Shown here in pieces: positions 14,117 to 28,045 of a stretch of DNA of 64,000 nt (within the stretch, counting starts at the first letter, position 1; each line of letters starts with the position of its first letter). The DNA is taken from NCBI GenBank assembly GCA_040954595.2, contig CM082592.2, forward strand, positions 186,001 through 250,000. The letters run 5' to 3'. A model generated the notes under the pieces. It saw only the letters and a program-made list of their open reading frames with translations. It had not been told where the DNA came from and ran no database searches. Origin of the DNA: Balanoglossus misakiensis (taxonomy: Eukaryota > Animalia > Hemichordata). The translations under genes were made by a program, and so were the position numbers.

Positions 14117-14646
14117 AATAAAAATATTACAACCATTTTACGGAAGTACCGATTTAGGGTAATGAAAATTTTAACAACCACAAAAAAGGTGTTCTACATC
14201 ACCACAATATGATGAATTGGTTGTCAATGGCCATGTAAACTAGTTGTATATTTGTCCTTTGAACTTTAGAATCTGGATTGTATGATTTCAAATATTTGCT
14301 TAGCAACAGATACCCAAGCAGTCACGCAGTTACACACATTGGAAAATTGTATCACCCACACCAAGGTGGGTGGAAGTTGGTCCTGGTGCTTTTTTTTCCC
14401 ATGATTCAAATTACAGTAAACGCCATATTAGAAATTCTGCCAACTTTCCCTCGATTTTGTAAAAAAATATGATGACTTATACATGACAAATATTTTTTTT
14501 TCTGAAAGAGTGACCTCAAAGCTACCAAATTATGTAGAAATTACCTGGACCGGATTTTCCCTTTAAGGATAGATTGTTCAAGACAAAAGTAATGGCTTGA
14601 ATAGAATATTACATGCACATTTCTATTAAGGACACCTCTGTATTAA

Positions 14647-15173
14647 AGGGACAAAGTCTCTCTCTCGCTGCCCTTTTTTCCATTAATAATGTTTGATACA
14701 AGACACTGTTTATGTTAATGTACATGTGTATATGTAGTAAATAAACGTTCAACCATACACAACTTCCATCCCGCGTGTATGATATGGGAGTAAAAACTCA
14801 CCCAAAACGAATAAATGGTAGAGACTGATTATTCATTTTGGCGAGTTTTTTCACTCATGTCCACAAGCAGTATATATGTTACTTTTTGTCTACTTTCTGG
14901 GGGCATTGCAGGGCTGTTCTTCATTAAGTTTTTGGGATTTTTTTTCTTTTGTGTCTTTCTTTTATGGCGTTGTTTCTGGGTTGGTTTTGTATGTTTTTTT
15001 TTACAGTATTGGCATACGGCCTGAATTAAAGAATAAATAAATAAATATACTTTGTGTGTGGTTGAATATTGATTCACTATATATCCACATGTAGAATAAC
15101 ATAAATAGTGTCTTGTATCAAATATAATTAATGGAATAAGGGGCAGCGATCGGGAGAGAGAGCCTGTATCCCT
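14647..15173. mobile_element. TTAA-flanked palindromic MITE (Kolobok-like); relatives at ~41235-41590 and 50453-50797
   Basis: TTAA|AGGGACAAAGTCTCTCTC...GAGAGAGCCTGTATCCCT|TTAA with long internal inverted repeats. Confidence 0.7.
14877..15045 (+). mobile_element. Short retroposon 3' fragment with (TAAA)n tail, copy-1 specific
   Basis: Absent at 41461 in copy 2. Flanked by TATA and ends CCTGAATTAAAGAATAAATAAATAAA. Confidence 0.55.
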
Positions 15174-15949
15174 TTAAGGACATGTTGTGTGATCCCAGAG
15201 GTGCCCTTACTAGGCAGGTTTCAATGTACTTCACATGTGAGTTGTACTTTACTGTCGGTATGGAATCATTTCCTGGTTGACATGGTGAGCTTTACATACA
15301 GATAAACCACCTCAAAAAGTGGGGGCTATAACTAGAGAATGATCTTTAACCTCAGAATTTTACCATAATTACCTTGAATATCGTAAACTCTTCATATCGT
15401 CAAATAACTGCACTGCAGTACTTAGACCTTCTGAAATCATACTGTATTTCTCACCTGCTCCTGACAAAAATCTGAAATACAACACAGTACAATTATTTAA
15501 CAACAGGTGTATGTAAACAATGTCTACTCCGATTGTAGACAGATTTGGTTAAACATTTTACGAAACATTTAAAGGTAGGAACCTCTAATAAAAGCCAGAG
15601 AGTCAAAGGACAAAACTGAGACTTTGAAACAGTAACCCATTGCCAAGTGTGACAGGGTGATGCGATCAGGCTAATAAAGGAGTTTTAATTTACCTTAGTA
15701 TACTAAATTTAGAATAAACGAAAAAATCTACGATTAAAAAACAACTGTTACAACGGGTTGGCGAAAACAAATATAAGGAACCCCCCCCCCCCTCCCCCCC
15801 AAAAAAAAACAAATGTGGTAAAGGGGTCCAACATTTTGCACACCATCACTTTTCGGCAGTCAGTCTGCATTCAAGCCAAAGGAGCAAACCAAATTGCAAG
15901 AAATACCACGACAATACTAACCGTATAGTAAATAGGTGAACAAGTATCT

Positions 15950-16805
15950 TCAGGGTGGCTAAAACAAAAATGATTACCCCCCCCCCCCAAGACATGATGG
16001 AAGGTTCCAAAAATTTGAATCCCATCATTTTAGTTCTGGTGGAGCCCCATTGAAACCAAAACATCAAAGAAAAATAATATTTTTAGCAAAATATTGTATG
16101 AGAAGGGAGTAAATCGGCCAACAAACAACTTCGGAGTGGCCAAAATGGAAGTGCCCCCCCCCCCAATAAAAAATGATGGGGGGCCTATAATTTGCACCCT
16201 ATTATTTTTGGCCAGGTGGGTCCCCTCCAAAGCAAAAACAACAAAAACAAATTAATTGTAGCCCAAATTCCCATGATAATAGAGTAAATAGGCCAACAAA
16301 CAACTTCGGAGTGGCCAAAATAGAAGTGGCCCCTCCCCCAAATAAAAAATGATGGAGGGGCCCTATAATTTGCACCCAATTATTTTTGGCCAGGTGGGTC
16401 CCCTCCAAGGCAAAAACCACAAAAATAAATTAATTGTAGCCCAAATTCCCATGATGATAGAGTAAATAGGTGAACAAATATCCTCGAGTGACCACAACAG
16501 AAGAGACCCCCCGAAAAAAATTGATGGAGGGGCCCTAAAAATTGCACCCCATGATTTTTGGGTAGTTGGGTCTCCATTGAAGCCAAACAGCAAAAAAAAA
16601 AACAATTTTAGCACAAAAATCCTACGGGAATATACATCATACCACAAAACGGAAGTACCCCCCCCCCCCCCCCAGAAAAATTTGATGGAGGGGCCCTTAA
16701 AATTGCACCCCATCATTTTCGGGTAGTTGGGTCCCCATAGAAGCCAAAACAGCAAAAAAATCTATTTTAGCACAAAAATCCTACGGGAATACACATCATA
16801 CCACA
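15950..16805. repeat. Irregular 160-180 bp subrepeat array with C/G runs
   Basis: Recurring GATGGAGGGGCCC..AATTGCACCC and CAACTTCGGAGTGGCCAAAA blocks. Confidence 0.7.
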
Positions 16806-16936
16806 CTAACAGGTTTGACTGTATGTTGATCTGTGTCATGAATAGCAGACATTTACCAATGACTGATTGTACAATATATGATTTCAGTGTCACATATACA
16901 TGTATAAGACACTAAGTACAAACCCATACATCTTAC

Positions 16937-17074
16937 TTTCTCTCCAAATTGTAGATACTCACAAACGCATGTATGTTGAATCCTGGTCTGCAACCACACT
17001 CTGGTAACTGGTTGGTGTGTTGCAATCTACTTGTTGGCATGGTGACCAACCAGCTTGATCGCACTCATTGTCAT
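16937..17074 (-). pseudogene. Frameshifted calcium-binding EGF exon
   Basis: ccgcag|DDNECDQAGWSPCQQVDCNTPTSYQ, then a 2-nt shift to CGCRPGF. The 3' boundary is uncertain. Confidence 0.65.
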
Positions 17075-17817
17075 CTGCGGGGAAAACACAAATATCATAA
17101 AATGTGTTAGAATGAATACATGTGAATTACAGTTTTCTTTGAGTACACATTTGAAAATATACGATAAGAGAGCAAAATTATGTGAAACTTAATAAATATC
17201 ATCTGGCATATTATAACTTGGTCATTACATATGTTTATCTGTACCAGTACTGTATACTGATAAACAAACAATGTAGTAACCACATTACATTTAACAAGGT
17301 AGTGTTTGAAAGCCAAAAATATCATGCACGAGACAACAAACTCATTTTTTGGCTCCGAAGTGTAAACAGGGGAGTCTGTCAAGTTGGGTATGAGCTACTA
17401 GTAGGCAACTTTCAGTCTCGAGAGACTATGGCATGATGCACTATGATTTAAAACAGCTTTGTGAGTGGCTTGTCAGACCAATACGGGAATGACAATCCTT
17501 CCTGCAGTTGGAGCACAAGAACTCTGATGCAGCAGTTTCAGTTGCGCACTGCATCTTTCGCCGTCTGTCAAACTACTTCCATCCGTCAAGAATTCATACC
17601 ATTTTCTAGTAGGGGTGTTTTTGGCGGTGGTGTGTAGCTTTGAGGTGTTGTGGAAGAATTGGAACAGGGGCAGAAATCGGAACGGATTAGCCAGCAGTGT
17701 TTTTGCTACCCGCGAGAAAAAAGTTTGGCGAGACGATTTTCATACAAATTAGTCAAACTTGCGAAGCACTGCTATCTAACATCGTCGTTTGTTTTGACAT
17801 GATCAACTTGCCATGAT

Positions 17818-18391
17818 TAGACTGTCGACAGTCCCTCGCGCCTAATGTGTATCGACTCGGTGTTTCGTTCGAGGGCCGTAAGGCCCGTATCTTTTGAGGG
17901 CCGAAGGCCCGATTCGGCGTTTCGTGGTGCGATGGCCGTAAGGCCTCGGGCGTGGGCGTGGCCCGAGGGACTGTTATACCTTGTTTCGCCCTCACACGGG
18001 CACTGTGGGAAAATGCCCCTGTAAAATGATTGACAGTTAATATACGTCATAAACTCATAAACGGCAAAGATGTTTTTGTGGCGTCGCCAACGGGCACTGG
18101 GAAGTCTTTGGCGTATGAAATCGCACCTTTTCTCTTGGACAGGATCGGCGAATTTACCGAGGAACCGTCATCGATAGTTTTGGTTGTATCGCCGCTGATT
18201 TACGCCCCCATATGCAAATTTTACTACGTCATTTTCTGCACGCATAATTAATATCAAGGCAAGGCTTACAAGCTATAACAGTCTCTCGGGCCTTACGGCC
18301 CTCGCACCATGAAACGCCGAATCGGGCCTTCGGCCCTCGCACGAAACGCCGAATCGATACACATTAGGCGCGAGGGACTGTCGACAGTCTA
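17818..18391 (+). mobile_element. AcademH-derived non-autonomous element with RecQ helicase fragment
   Basis: TIRs TAGACTGTCGACAGTCCCTCGCGCCTAATGTGTATCGA. GCCATGAT TSD at 17810-17817 and 18392-18399. Internal GKDVFVASPTGTGKSLAY..IVLVVSPL (RecQ motifs I/Ia). Confidence 0.85.
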
Positions 18392-19607
18392 GCCATGATC
18401 AGTGCACTACAATGCGTGAAAGTGGACCGCTGTTCTGTTCATTGAGAATCACCCCCTGTATCATGAACATTGTATAGCAATCCATTGAATTCAGCTCTTC
18501 CAGCTAGTGGCCGCACTCGCTTGATTTCCTGTGTGTGTCTCTGGGGACACAAATAATGCATATGCGTCTTTTTCTAATTTGCATATTTTGAATGGGTTAG
18601 GTGTGCCCTGACTTGAATGCGTCAAGCATACAGGTTGTTATGGAAGTTTCTTTTTAGAACCACTAGTGTTAGTCTGTGGGCCCAACCAGCAAAAAAGGTT
18701 CTAGAAATGGTATTATGTTGTATAGGAGTTTTGTTCTACATGAAATTAGCTGGAAATGACGGGTGGGAAACTATTGATGTGAAATCAGGTCACTTCTACC
18801 GAAAATGATGGACCAGAGAGCAATGACTATTTTAATTTATTTCATATACTATGTTCACAACTGCTATGCTCCCATAAACTGGGGAAACTAAATGATTGTA
18901 CTTTCTGTTTGAACAATTCATGTATTTTTTTCGCTACCACCTACACTACTATAGTCAGCACATGACAGTATATACTTGAATATGGATAAATTTTATCAAA
19001 ACACTTCAGCTGATCTTGAATGCTGTCTGATATTTTTTTTTTCCAAATGTATTTCTTTCACTTTTAGACTAGTACTTCTGCTTGCACTGTTTTTTCAAAA
19101 CACATTTCTCATAGTTGCACTGGTGCAATTTGATATGACATACACAATGAATTCCATCAGTATAACATAAGATACAGAATCTGAGAGGGAAATGACAATA
19201 TATTTGTGTGAGGCCATTTGTGAGTGCAGGCCATTTTTAAGACTTAATTTAAAACAGTTATTAGAGCCCAGGACAAGTGGTTTTTCCCCCTGTCAAGCAC
19301 CCACCTTATCAGGCTGCATTCAATATTACATGAGCAAATCAGTTCAGCATTTCACTGTGGTGTTTGCACTGTTCTCCAAACATTCTGCTCGTCATCCACT
19401 ACACACTGAGAGAGCACCAAGTGTCCTTGACGCTATATTTTTAATTTCTAACTATGGAAAGTGCCTGATAACTTTAAATTATTTTCTTTTTTAACATGGT
19501 GACTGACTGTAATCTCTGCAACTTACAACTTCTGTAAGCACCCTTTTGTGGCAGGAAATGCAAAGCCATTGTTAGCCTATACCCTCCCCACTCAAAAAAA
19601 AACTTAC

Positions 19608-19727
19608 CTAAACAATTGACATGATCTGCACTCAGAGAAAAACCATCATCACCACAACTACAGCTGAATCCACCCTCTGCATTGTGACAACCTCCAGCAC
19701 AAACAGAATCTGAACACTCATTCACAT
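19608..19727 (-). CDS. Calcium-binding EGF exon (phase 1-1)
   Basis: ttttcag|DVNECSDSVCAGGCHNAEGGFSCSCGDDGFSLSADHVNCL|gtaagt, 120 bp. Confidence 0.85.
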
Positions 19728-20051
19728 CTGAAAACAGAAAACAAAAACATCCATTGTAATTATTCAAGTCAATACCTATCCTCCCTTCCTTTAAAAATTT
19801 TCTTAAATTGAACAAATTCACATGGCTTTGAAATTAAGTATTAACAGTGATATTTCTAATATTTCTAACAGGCCTGACTTTTCTAAACGTTCAGTTTCTT
19901 TGTGGATTTGTAGAAATGATGTACAAACTGAGCTGTCAGGTCATAACTGTTTGTGCTTTGGCATGAACACATATCCCAGAATGCCCTACAGGGTTGGCAA
20001 AGAAATTGATAAACTCTTCACCTAAAATTTCAAACTCGTAGATCTTAATTA

Positions 20052-20460
20052 TATAGATTCTCACACTCCTGGCATGCTGAGAGTGTGGGATCAGAGTGTA
20101 AGAACAAATCAATCCCACACACTCACTGAATCGAAAGCTGTATATGACGCGAGCGCTGATTGGATGACAAAGCGTTTTTCAATAACGTGCGCTAAATGTT
20201 ATCCAATGACAGGATAAAGAAACTACAACATGCCAGATGACAACTCAAGAGTCATTTATTCAATGTTTTAAGACGAATTTGGCTAATTTGTGCCCGTGTG
20301 AGAAATATAATCTCATACACAAAGGACCTAGGATCATATTTCCCACACTTGTCAGGGATGTTTTGTCCCACATTCGCCTGCGGCTCGTGTGGGACAGAAA
20401 ATCCCCAACTCATGTCAGAATTATGACCCCTAGTCCTTGGGAGTGTAAGATTCTATTAAT
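20052..20460. mobile_element. Hairpin-ended (Crypton-like) non-autonomous element
   Basis: Terminal inverted pair ATAGATTCTCACACTCC / GGAGTGTAAGATTCTAT, CTGATTGG, and a 3' hairpin with apex TTCGCCTGCGGCTCG. Confidence 0.5.
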
Positions 20461-20975
20461 CTCACAACCTTAGGACCTGGGATAAGATTTCTCAGATGAG
20501 TTGGTGAAATTTTTGCTTGTGTTAGTCAACATATACCTGATAAGTGTAAAAAATTGCATCAAGGACACAGTGGTCCCATTCAGTCTACACGGAGTACATA
20601 TACACAGTCAGATCGCACGGTGCTCATTTGCATATGAAAGTTCATCAAGCGAGCGACCGTTAACTTTCAAACAGACTGCAATAGGCCAATTTTCAAGGTG
20701 ATTTTCAACTTGATTTTTATGCTCTGTTGTGCAATAAAATACCATGTTAGCTGGATAAATTACGAAAGTGATTCCCATTTTTCACTGCAGACGTAAATTT
20801 TATGAAAATCTGTCGGTAATAGTAGAAGTTTTTAACGTGTTTTCAGTGGTATGTTGGTGACCCCGAAAGAGACGTCCACAAACGTGTCAAAAATCATTTG
20901 AAAACGACCTCGGAAGTTAACCAAACTTTCCTGACAGAGAGGTCTAATATCGGTCCCGACATCCGTGAAAAGAAA

Positions 20976-23900
20976 TTAATTCGAAATGCTATTTTCCATA
21001 TTATGATGTTCAGTATCAGTGATTGGTGATGGTAATTCTAATAGTGGTGACTTATCTGTATATTTTGGGCATACCCCATACTTTTTCGATGTGGTACAGA
21101 ATCCAGGGTTCCCATTATGTGGATTACTGCAGTCATTGCATTGACACGCAGGGCCACAACCATTGTGGGTCTTATAAACATTTACAACATCTGCTATTAC
21201 AAGTTGGCATCTTTTTGCAGCCACACCCTTTTGTTAGCAACTCCAAATTATTTTTCACTTTTTCTAAATTGGCATCACTGTCCCAAATAATATCAAGTTC
21301 GCCGTTGCTTAGTCTGTATCCATAATTATTGAATAAGGGAAACGTAACATGGCACTGATCGGCCTGGGACCATAACTGAGAGACCCAGCATGATCTTTTC
21401 CAGTGCAGTTGTAGGGCTTCAAAGGAAGGGATACATTCTTCCTCATACTGGATACGTGGCCAAATTGTTTCTCGTATATATGTAAGCCATTTGATGTGGT
21501 TATCTTTAAGACTGTTAGTGACACTGGCTACTTGTTGATAAAGTTCAAAAGGATGAGATGCATCAAATGCTTGGAAATGTTTCTTAACATAAACACTACC
21601 TTTTAAACGTATGAAAGCGAAAATTCCATTCCCTACACTGTCTACTGTTGTGTCTATCAGTGTTCCAGGTATAAGGGTGCCACTAGTTATAAATTCAGGG
21701 TATTGAAAAAATGTCTTGTAGAAAGATATCTTTCCGATGCCTGCAAAGTATAGTCACAACCTGTGCATATGAACACTGTTTGAAATATTTTGCCTACATA
21801 TTGGAGGGGAATATGTTGCAAATAAGGGTCTAAATTTCAATCTGATTTGAATTGATTCATGTCTAAATAAGTGAGATTGGATAAATCATTATCCAGTTGT
21901 ACAAATATCTCCTTTTGAACATGTTGATATAGTACTGGGAGGAGAACATGATAAGTATCGGTATCAGGGGAGTAAATAACACCTTTCTTGTAAGAGGACT
22001 GAACTGCATGAAGGATGCATCTACTGTCAGCTTCTTCATGACAACTTTTGGCTTCCCACTCAGACACAATTCCATTACTACCGACGAAAAGACTCTTGTC
22101 CCTATTTTCCCCATCAAAGCCACCTGCTGTAATGAGGACATGATCACCTTGCAGAGCCGGTACAATTATTTTTAAAGATGTGGCTGACAAGAAGTTCACT
22201 AGTTTTCTCTTGCTTGGCCTACAATTAATGTATGTTTTGAGCTAATATTATTGATTTCCTATTTTTTATGCATTTGTTTGTATTTTTCCATGTTATTGGT
22301 AAAAAGTCTTCATTTCTGAAAGTGATGGGCTTACTTCTTTTAAATTTAGTATGAAGCTTCCCAATTGTTGTCTGAGTAACCATAGTTTTGTTCAAATTGT
22401 TGCAAAATTTGCATATTTATAATTTTGAGCAATATTTGCCATTTTTGGTCAATTTTTTTTCTTTAAAACCGCATGCCAGATTGCTTTGCAATTTTGTAGG
22501 CATGTTCGTAGGTGTAACCCAAATAATATGTTGTAAAAAAATGTGATATTTTCATAAATGTGTTATAGGGGAAACTTTTTCAATTTTTGTCAAAAATTGT
22601 TTTCCTGAAACTGCTTGTCATATTGCATTGACCTTTGGCAGCATGTTCCTTGTAGTGGTTGAAGTAAGGTATTGTACAATTTTGTGTTTTTGCCACTTTT
22701 GAACAAATATTTTTTTGTGAAACTGCTTGTTGATTGCTTTGAAATTTGTTTTTTCTCTGATTGCTTTGAAATTTAGGATATAATTTCATAACACATACAT
22801 GTATATGTGCAACTTTTATTCAATTCTGATATCAGAAATATTCAATATTTAGCGAGTTTTTTCTCCTAAACCAATTGTCCAGTTGTTTTGAAAGTTACTG
22901 TTTACAAGGAGTTGTTACCCCCAACTTAGACATGTTTACATAACTTCAATAAGCCAGCTGTTAGAGAGACCATGGGCTATTAAATTGTTTATTACCAGTG
23001 GCAGGTCAGTGTGTGTGTCTGTCTGTCTGTCTGTTTCAGAGCTGACTGAAAGAAGTTGCTTCTCATATGTGTTTGTACAGACAATTTTTGGTCAATTTTT
23101 TTTCTAGCACTACTTGTAAGACTGTCATGACACATGACAGTTTATTGGGCATGTTCCTTGTTAATTTTTTTTACATTCCATATTTCTATATCGTAAGATC
23201 ATATCTGCTTGCAATGTCACCTGTAATTTTTATTCTGGTGTGTCACTGTTTCCGCATAATCCTCAAATGGGACCACAGTGTCCTTGACGCTATTCTTTGC
23301 TGTGTCATCTGAAAATATATTAGTTAGCTCCCTGGCGGTATTAAGTGGTGAAAATACATCAGCACTTTCAAGACAATTGATATACAACCTGCAGTTTGAC
23401 TCATGTATTTTATGTACACTAACTGAATTATGGGTTTCATTTTGGAAAGGAAATAACTGATCTTTTAGATTCTTGGCAGCCATAGCTCTATAGGGTAAAT
23501 AAATTGCTATTCTCTCCATTAACCCACCTGTAGAAGTATGCAATGCAGCTTTAACATCTTTATTGACGCACATTTCATGGGCTTCATCTAGTGCTACATT
23601 AACCCAAGTTGAGCCTGACAAATTGCAAACAAAACCACCTGCTTTGAAATGTAACAACAGAGAGTTTGGCATCTTCAGAAGGTCAGCAAGATTTCTGGGA
23701 ATTAACCTCAAGTACAGGGATCGGTCATATGCATGGAACAGTGGGTTTATTTTTTTCAAAGCCGATATTCGAAGGTTCCAATTTCCTGACCTTATTGCAA
23801 TGTACAAAGACATGTATGCAAACAAATCTTCCTCTATAAATCTAACCCAAAATTTGAAAGTTTTGTCTGTATTTGCCCTTCTGCACAGTACGTGAAATAT

Positions 23901-26900
23901 CCCATAATTCATTCTGATTTGTACAATCAGAGATTACTCAGTCAAACCAGGCAAAGTTCACATGTGTAGAGAGAATTGTAGACCACTAATAGAAATTTTG
24001 AGATCTTACTTTTAAGGTGAATCTTATTGTCAATTACCATTTCAAATGATTTAGAAAATTATGTATTATTGAGAGAGAAGATACGAATTTTATAAAATAA
24101 TCAAGCAATTGCATAGCCAGCCATACCAAAAAGTTTGGAGTAAAACAGGGACACTTGAAACACCTGTTTAATCAAACAAAATGATATTGATATTTTCTTT
24201 TGACAGAACAATTGAAATTTACATGTTAACTTTCAACAGAGACTGGCCACCTCAGTCAATCATTGCTTGTTTCCTCATTGCTTGTTTCCTCCAAAGTGTG
24301 GCATTTGCAGTACATGAATACTTTGATTCTTATTGCTTTTAAATTTTGATTTTGGAATTTCACTCTAATTCCTCAACATACTTTTCCTAGATAAACATAA
24401 ATAGATTTATATGTACTTCATATCATTGTTAGTATCTAAAACAGAAAAAGTTATTAAATGGGCAACCTTCGATGATACAAATCATGGAGAATTGTGGGTA
24501 AAATATCGTACTGTGTTCTGTCACAAAAAATCTGAAATTCCTCTTGCAAGCGAGTAAGTTGAGCCTTAAGGTCACCATTAATTTTGTCAATATGATCAGC
24601 TTTATCTTCAGTACATTCCAAAGATTTTGTGACAGCTTCTAGTAATTATTTTTGGACTGTTTCTGTATTTAAGGGACAGTGCTGGGTATTATGGGTTTCA
24701 CCCCTCTTATTCAAAAAGGAATTGACAATACATCTAAACATACTTTCCCAAATTTGTGTTAGGAAGCGATGAGTTAGCTTGAAATTTGTACACTGTACTA
24801 GGGTTTCCAAAGTTCCCCCTTTATGATTGAACCCTGCCAGATGTTTTAGGCCAGCATCCCAGAATATTTTCATGATGACTGGTTGGTAATTTTTTAGAGT
24901 GTGCCAGTCTCTGATAAAAGGCTGCAACCAGTCTAAATTTGCACCATACATGTCTTTTAATTTTATCAGGTGATGGAAAGTTTTCCCATCACCAACCACA
25001 ACCAGGTATTTTATTCTTACACCAACTCTGAATGTAACATATACAGCTTATTGATAATGTTATGGACAGTTTCAATGGTGTCTGCGTGTTCACGTGATAT
25101 GCCCAAATAAATGACATTTGAGCATTCACTTTCATTACTGTTAGCATTTGTTGCTAATGTTGATTTAAAATCCCCAAAAACTGTTTCTATATCAGCTCTG
25201 TGCATTGCATTTTTCTGTAGTGCAAAAATGAATTGTCAGAAAACAGTTCTGACCAAGCAATGGCTTCTTCTTGTTTAATGTCAAAATCTGACAGCGAAAT
25301 TGATGACCGTGGTTGATGTTGTCTCAGTAGAGGTGGTTTAAATACTATATCATTATGAACAGTATCATTGGATTTTTTTCTCCGTAAATGTACGGGCTTT
25401 TCTCACAGGTGCACTCAAACCTGTACCAGTATTTTTTTAGATAGATCTGTCAACCATGATTTTAGTATTATTTCCACAAATTGCCAAAAATTTCATTCAT
25501 TTCATAGTCTACTGTATTTTGTGAACAAAAGCCACTGTTTAATTCCTGCCACCGTTCAAATGAATTCCGTGCATTTTCACTCACCAGACTATCTTTACTT
25601 TTAATTAACTGCCTGTTAAGAAGCAAATCATAATGGCCTGGTTGACCTGGCCTGTCTGGTGTGTACAAGAGACAGACAGGCTCAGTCTTGGAGAACACAT
25701 CACCATCACCTCTTGCAAATATATCATTCTGCTTGGTGTATATATGTAATGGACATTTTGCAACATACACTACAGATATCATTTCTGGCATACCAGCATA
25801 TTAATCTGCCTTTTCCATACATTGTGTCCTGTGCAAAATGTCCATATAACGAGTGCCGTCTAACAGGACATCAAGTTGTGCATCATCCATTCCTTCAAAG
25901 TATATATGATTGGCACGCATTATGTCTACTGTATCTGCTCTTAACTTGTCTGCAAATATTTTCTCTCGGTCAGCTAAAATTGGGTCAGAAGGGAGTCCAC
26001 TAGGTAAATGATCGCAATTTTGCAATGCAATATCATTTCTCACAGAGATGCTCCTGAAAAAGCACCTTCCATCACCATATATGTTGATTAGCTTAAAATC
26101 TTTGACAGTTGAATGTTTGTCATGACTGCCAAAAACAATATCATCAACACTGTTCAAAATTGACTTTGGTTTTGGTTGGACCATTTGATAAGAAGTACCG
26201 TGGAAACCTCTGTCCTTTGGATCAGCTCTAACAGCTGCATATTTAGCTGATTTATCAATATTGTCAATGGAAGTTATACAAAATGCATTATTTGCAATAT
26301 TTTCCTCTGTGAAATCAGCTGATGTTCTTTTGTTGATAACTCCCAACATGTATCTATGCAATGTATCTCCAGAACAAATAATACCAAATCAATTTAGAAT
26401 TTTCACTAGAGTAGATGACCTACTATTACCTTCAACAATGTCAGCCAGGTAAGTATACAATGGGTAAGTACAATGATCAGAACAAGTGAACAATATCATA
26501 CACACAAAACAAACGCCTGGGGAATCGTGCTCTACTCTCCATAGAGTGCTGGTCATAAAATCCATAGTAGTGTTTATTCCATTCAAAGTTGGGGCTTTTT
26601 AATTTACTGCATTCACTGTTGTTCAACGAATTGCTAGGACGTTGTGTTGACATGTACACAGCGCGAGACAATGATTGACAGGCAGAATGTATCAAAATTC
26701 TGGCCCATGTGACTGACTCCGCGAATCTGATTGGTAGACAAGACGCAAAAGTGTAAAAACTTGAAAGTCGATTTCACTTTATGAATGAAAGTGATTCCAT
26801 AATTAGCATATCTCGTTGGGGCCACAGATCGTTGCACAGGGGAAAGAACGTAATCCCGCTAAATAAACTACAAGGCCGCTCGAATATTTTAGCGGGATAT

Positions 26901-28045
26901 TGGAATATTGTATCCTACCTCTTCTAACGAAAAATAAGAAGACTGTTCATGTGATAAATATATAATCCCATGATATTTTTCTTTATTTACGTCATCGTAT
27001 ACTCGTGGTTTTCGCGGAGTCTAGCAACTTCTCGCCTAGGGCTCGAAGTTGCACAGCTCTGCGAAAACACTCGTATACGATGACGTCAAACAAAGAAAAA
27101 TATCATGGGATTATATATAAAAATAGTATTCCATAACACAGGGTCAATCTCACTGACAATATATTCAACATCAAGTGTACTCAGATCAACAGTGTTTGTT
27201 TTGCAGTAATTTATACTGAATTTTTAAGATTGCTGATAAATGCTGGCATTTAATTTCACAGCCACCCAATCAAGCATTTTGAAAAAGTCAACGTCAACTT
27301 TACTCAAGTCTCTTACTTGCTTTTCAAGCCTCTCTATCTGTTGTATGCACAACATACTGGGGATGTTCGACAAGTGCATTTTGGAGGGAATAGTGAGATC
27401 TGAACCCGTTCGGTACAAAAAGGTGGAGAACTTTCTACTCACTTTTGATACAACAGAAAAGTGAATTGGATAATACACACATAGAAATTCCCGAATAAGC
27501 CAGCTATTAGGTTTTCTGTGGAATTCCACTGGTTGTACCTTGACCTTGGGTCGCAAAGTCTGATATTCATCATCTAAACAATCATTGAAATATTGCCTGA
27601 CGTCAAACAATAGAATGGCGTGTTTTCTGAGGAGCACTTCTCCTAAAAAGACAGCAGTTTTCCAGCATGCAAAATTCACCAAGTCGGTGTCACAGCTGCA
27701 GCCTTTTTGTAGCATTGTGACATATTTTTTAATTTCTTCAGCAAGTGCTATATCACTCGACATAATTAGGCCTTGTTGAATACTACACCTTGCTTTTTCC
27801 GCTAAAGCAACAAATGTTTTATATCATTTCAAACAAATCAGGCTGTCTTGAGTAAGGGCAAATGGTGTGTTAGTTTGTTGGTGAAATGTTTGCACCATAT
27901 CAAAATCAGGGATTTTAAACAAATTGTTTGCCCGCGATAAGCACGAAGTACACAAGGGATGGCTTTTTCTCATAGCAAGGATGTACTGACATTGACACAG
28001 TGGAAATGATGAAAATCCTTTAAAACCTGAGTTGTCTATACTCAA
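20976..28045 (-). pseudogene. Academ transposase-OTU-XPG-Cys protein, disrupted
   Basis: ORF pieces 27224-27763, 26389-26586, 25801-26361, 25468-25791, 24646-24999, 23217-23912, 21837-22199 and 20976-21224 are collinear. They are separated by stops, frameshifts and insertions. Confidence 0.8.
25610..26095 (-). other. OTU cysteine protease domain inside the transposase
   Basis: INIYGDGRCFFRSIS (Asp/Cys), YAGMPEM and GHYDLL (His). The two ORFs are in the same frame, split by one TAA at 25801-25803. Copy 1 (3900-4385) reads GGGRC. Confidence 0.75.

Larger units (their letters stand above)
12971..15471 (-). pseudogene. MED25: MED25 partial gene, copy 1 (internally deleted)
   Basis: Exons 15373-15471 (vWA, EGLSTAVQLFDD), 13611-13779 (WHGALEWQE) and 12971-13078 (ACID, canonical ag/gt). 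The junction at ~14116 skips the equivalent of 32302-40705. Confidence 0.85.

Noticed and set aside
19250-19420. Possible degenerate MEGF-type EGF exon (FGEQCKH..) on the minus strand
   Set aside because: Multiple stops and missing cysteines make it too decayed to support.
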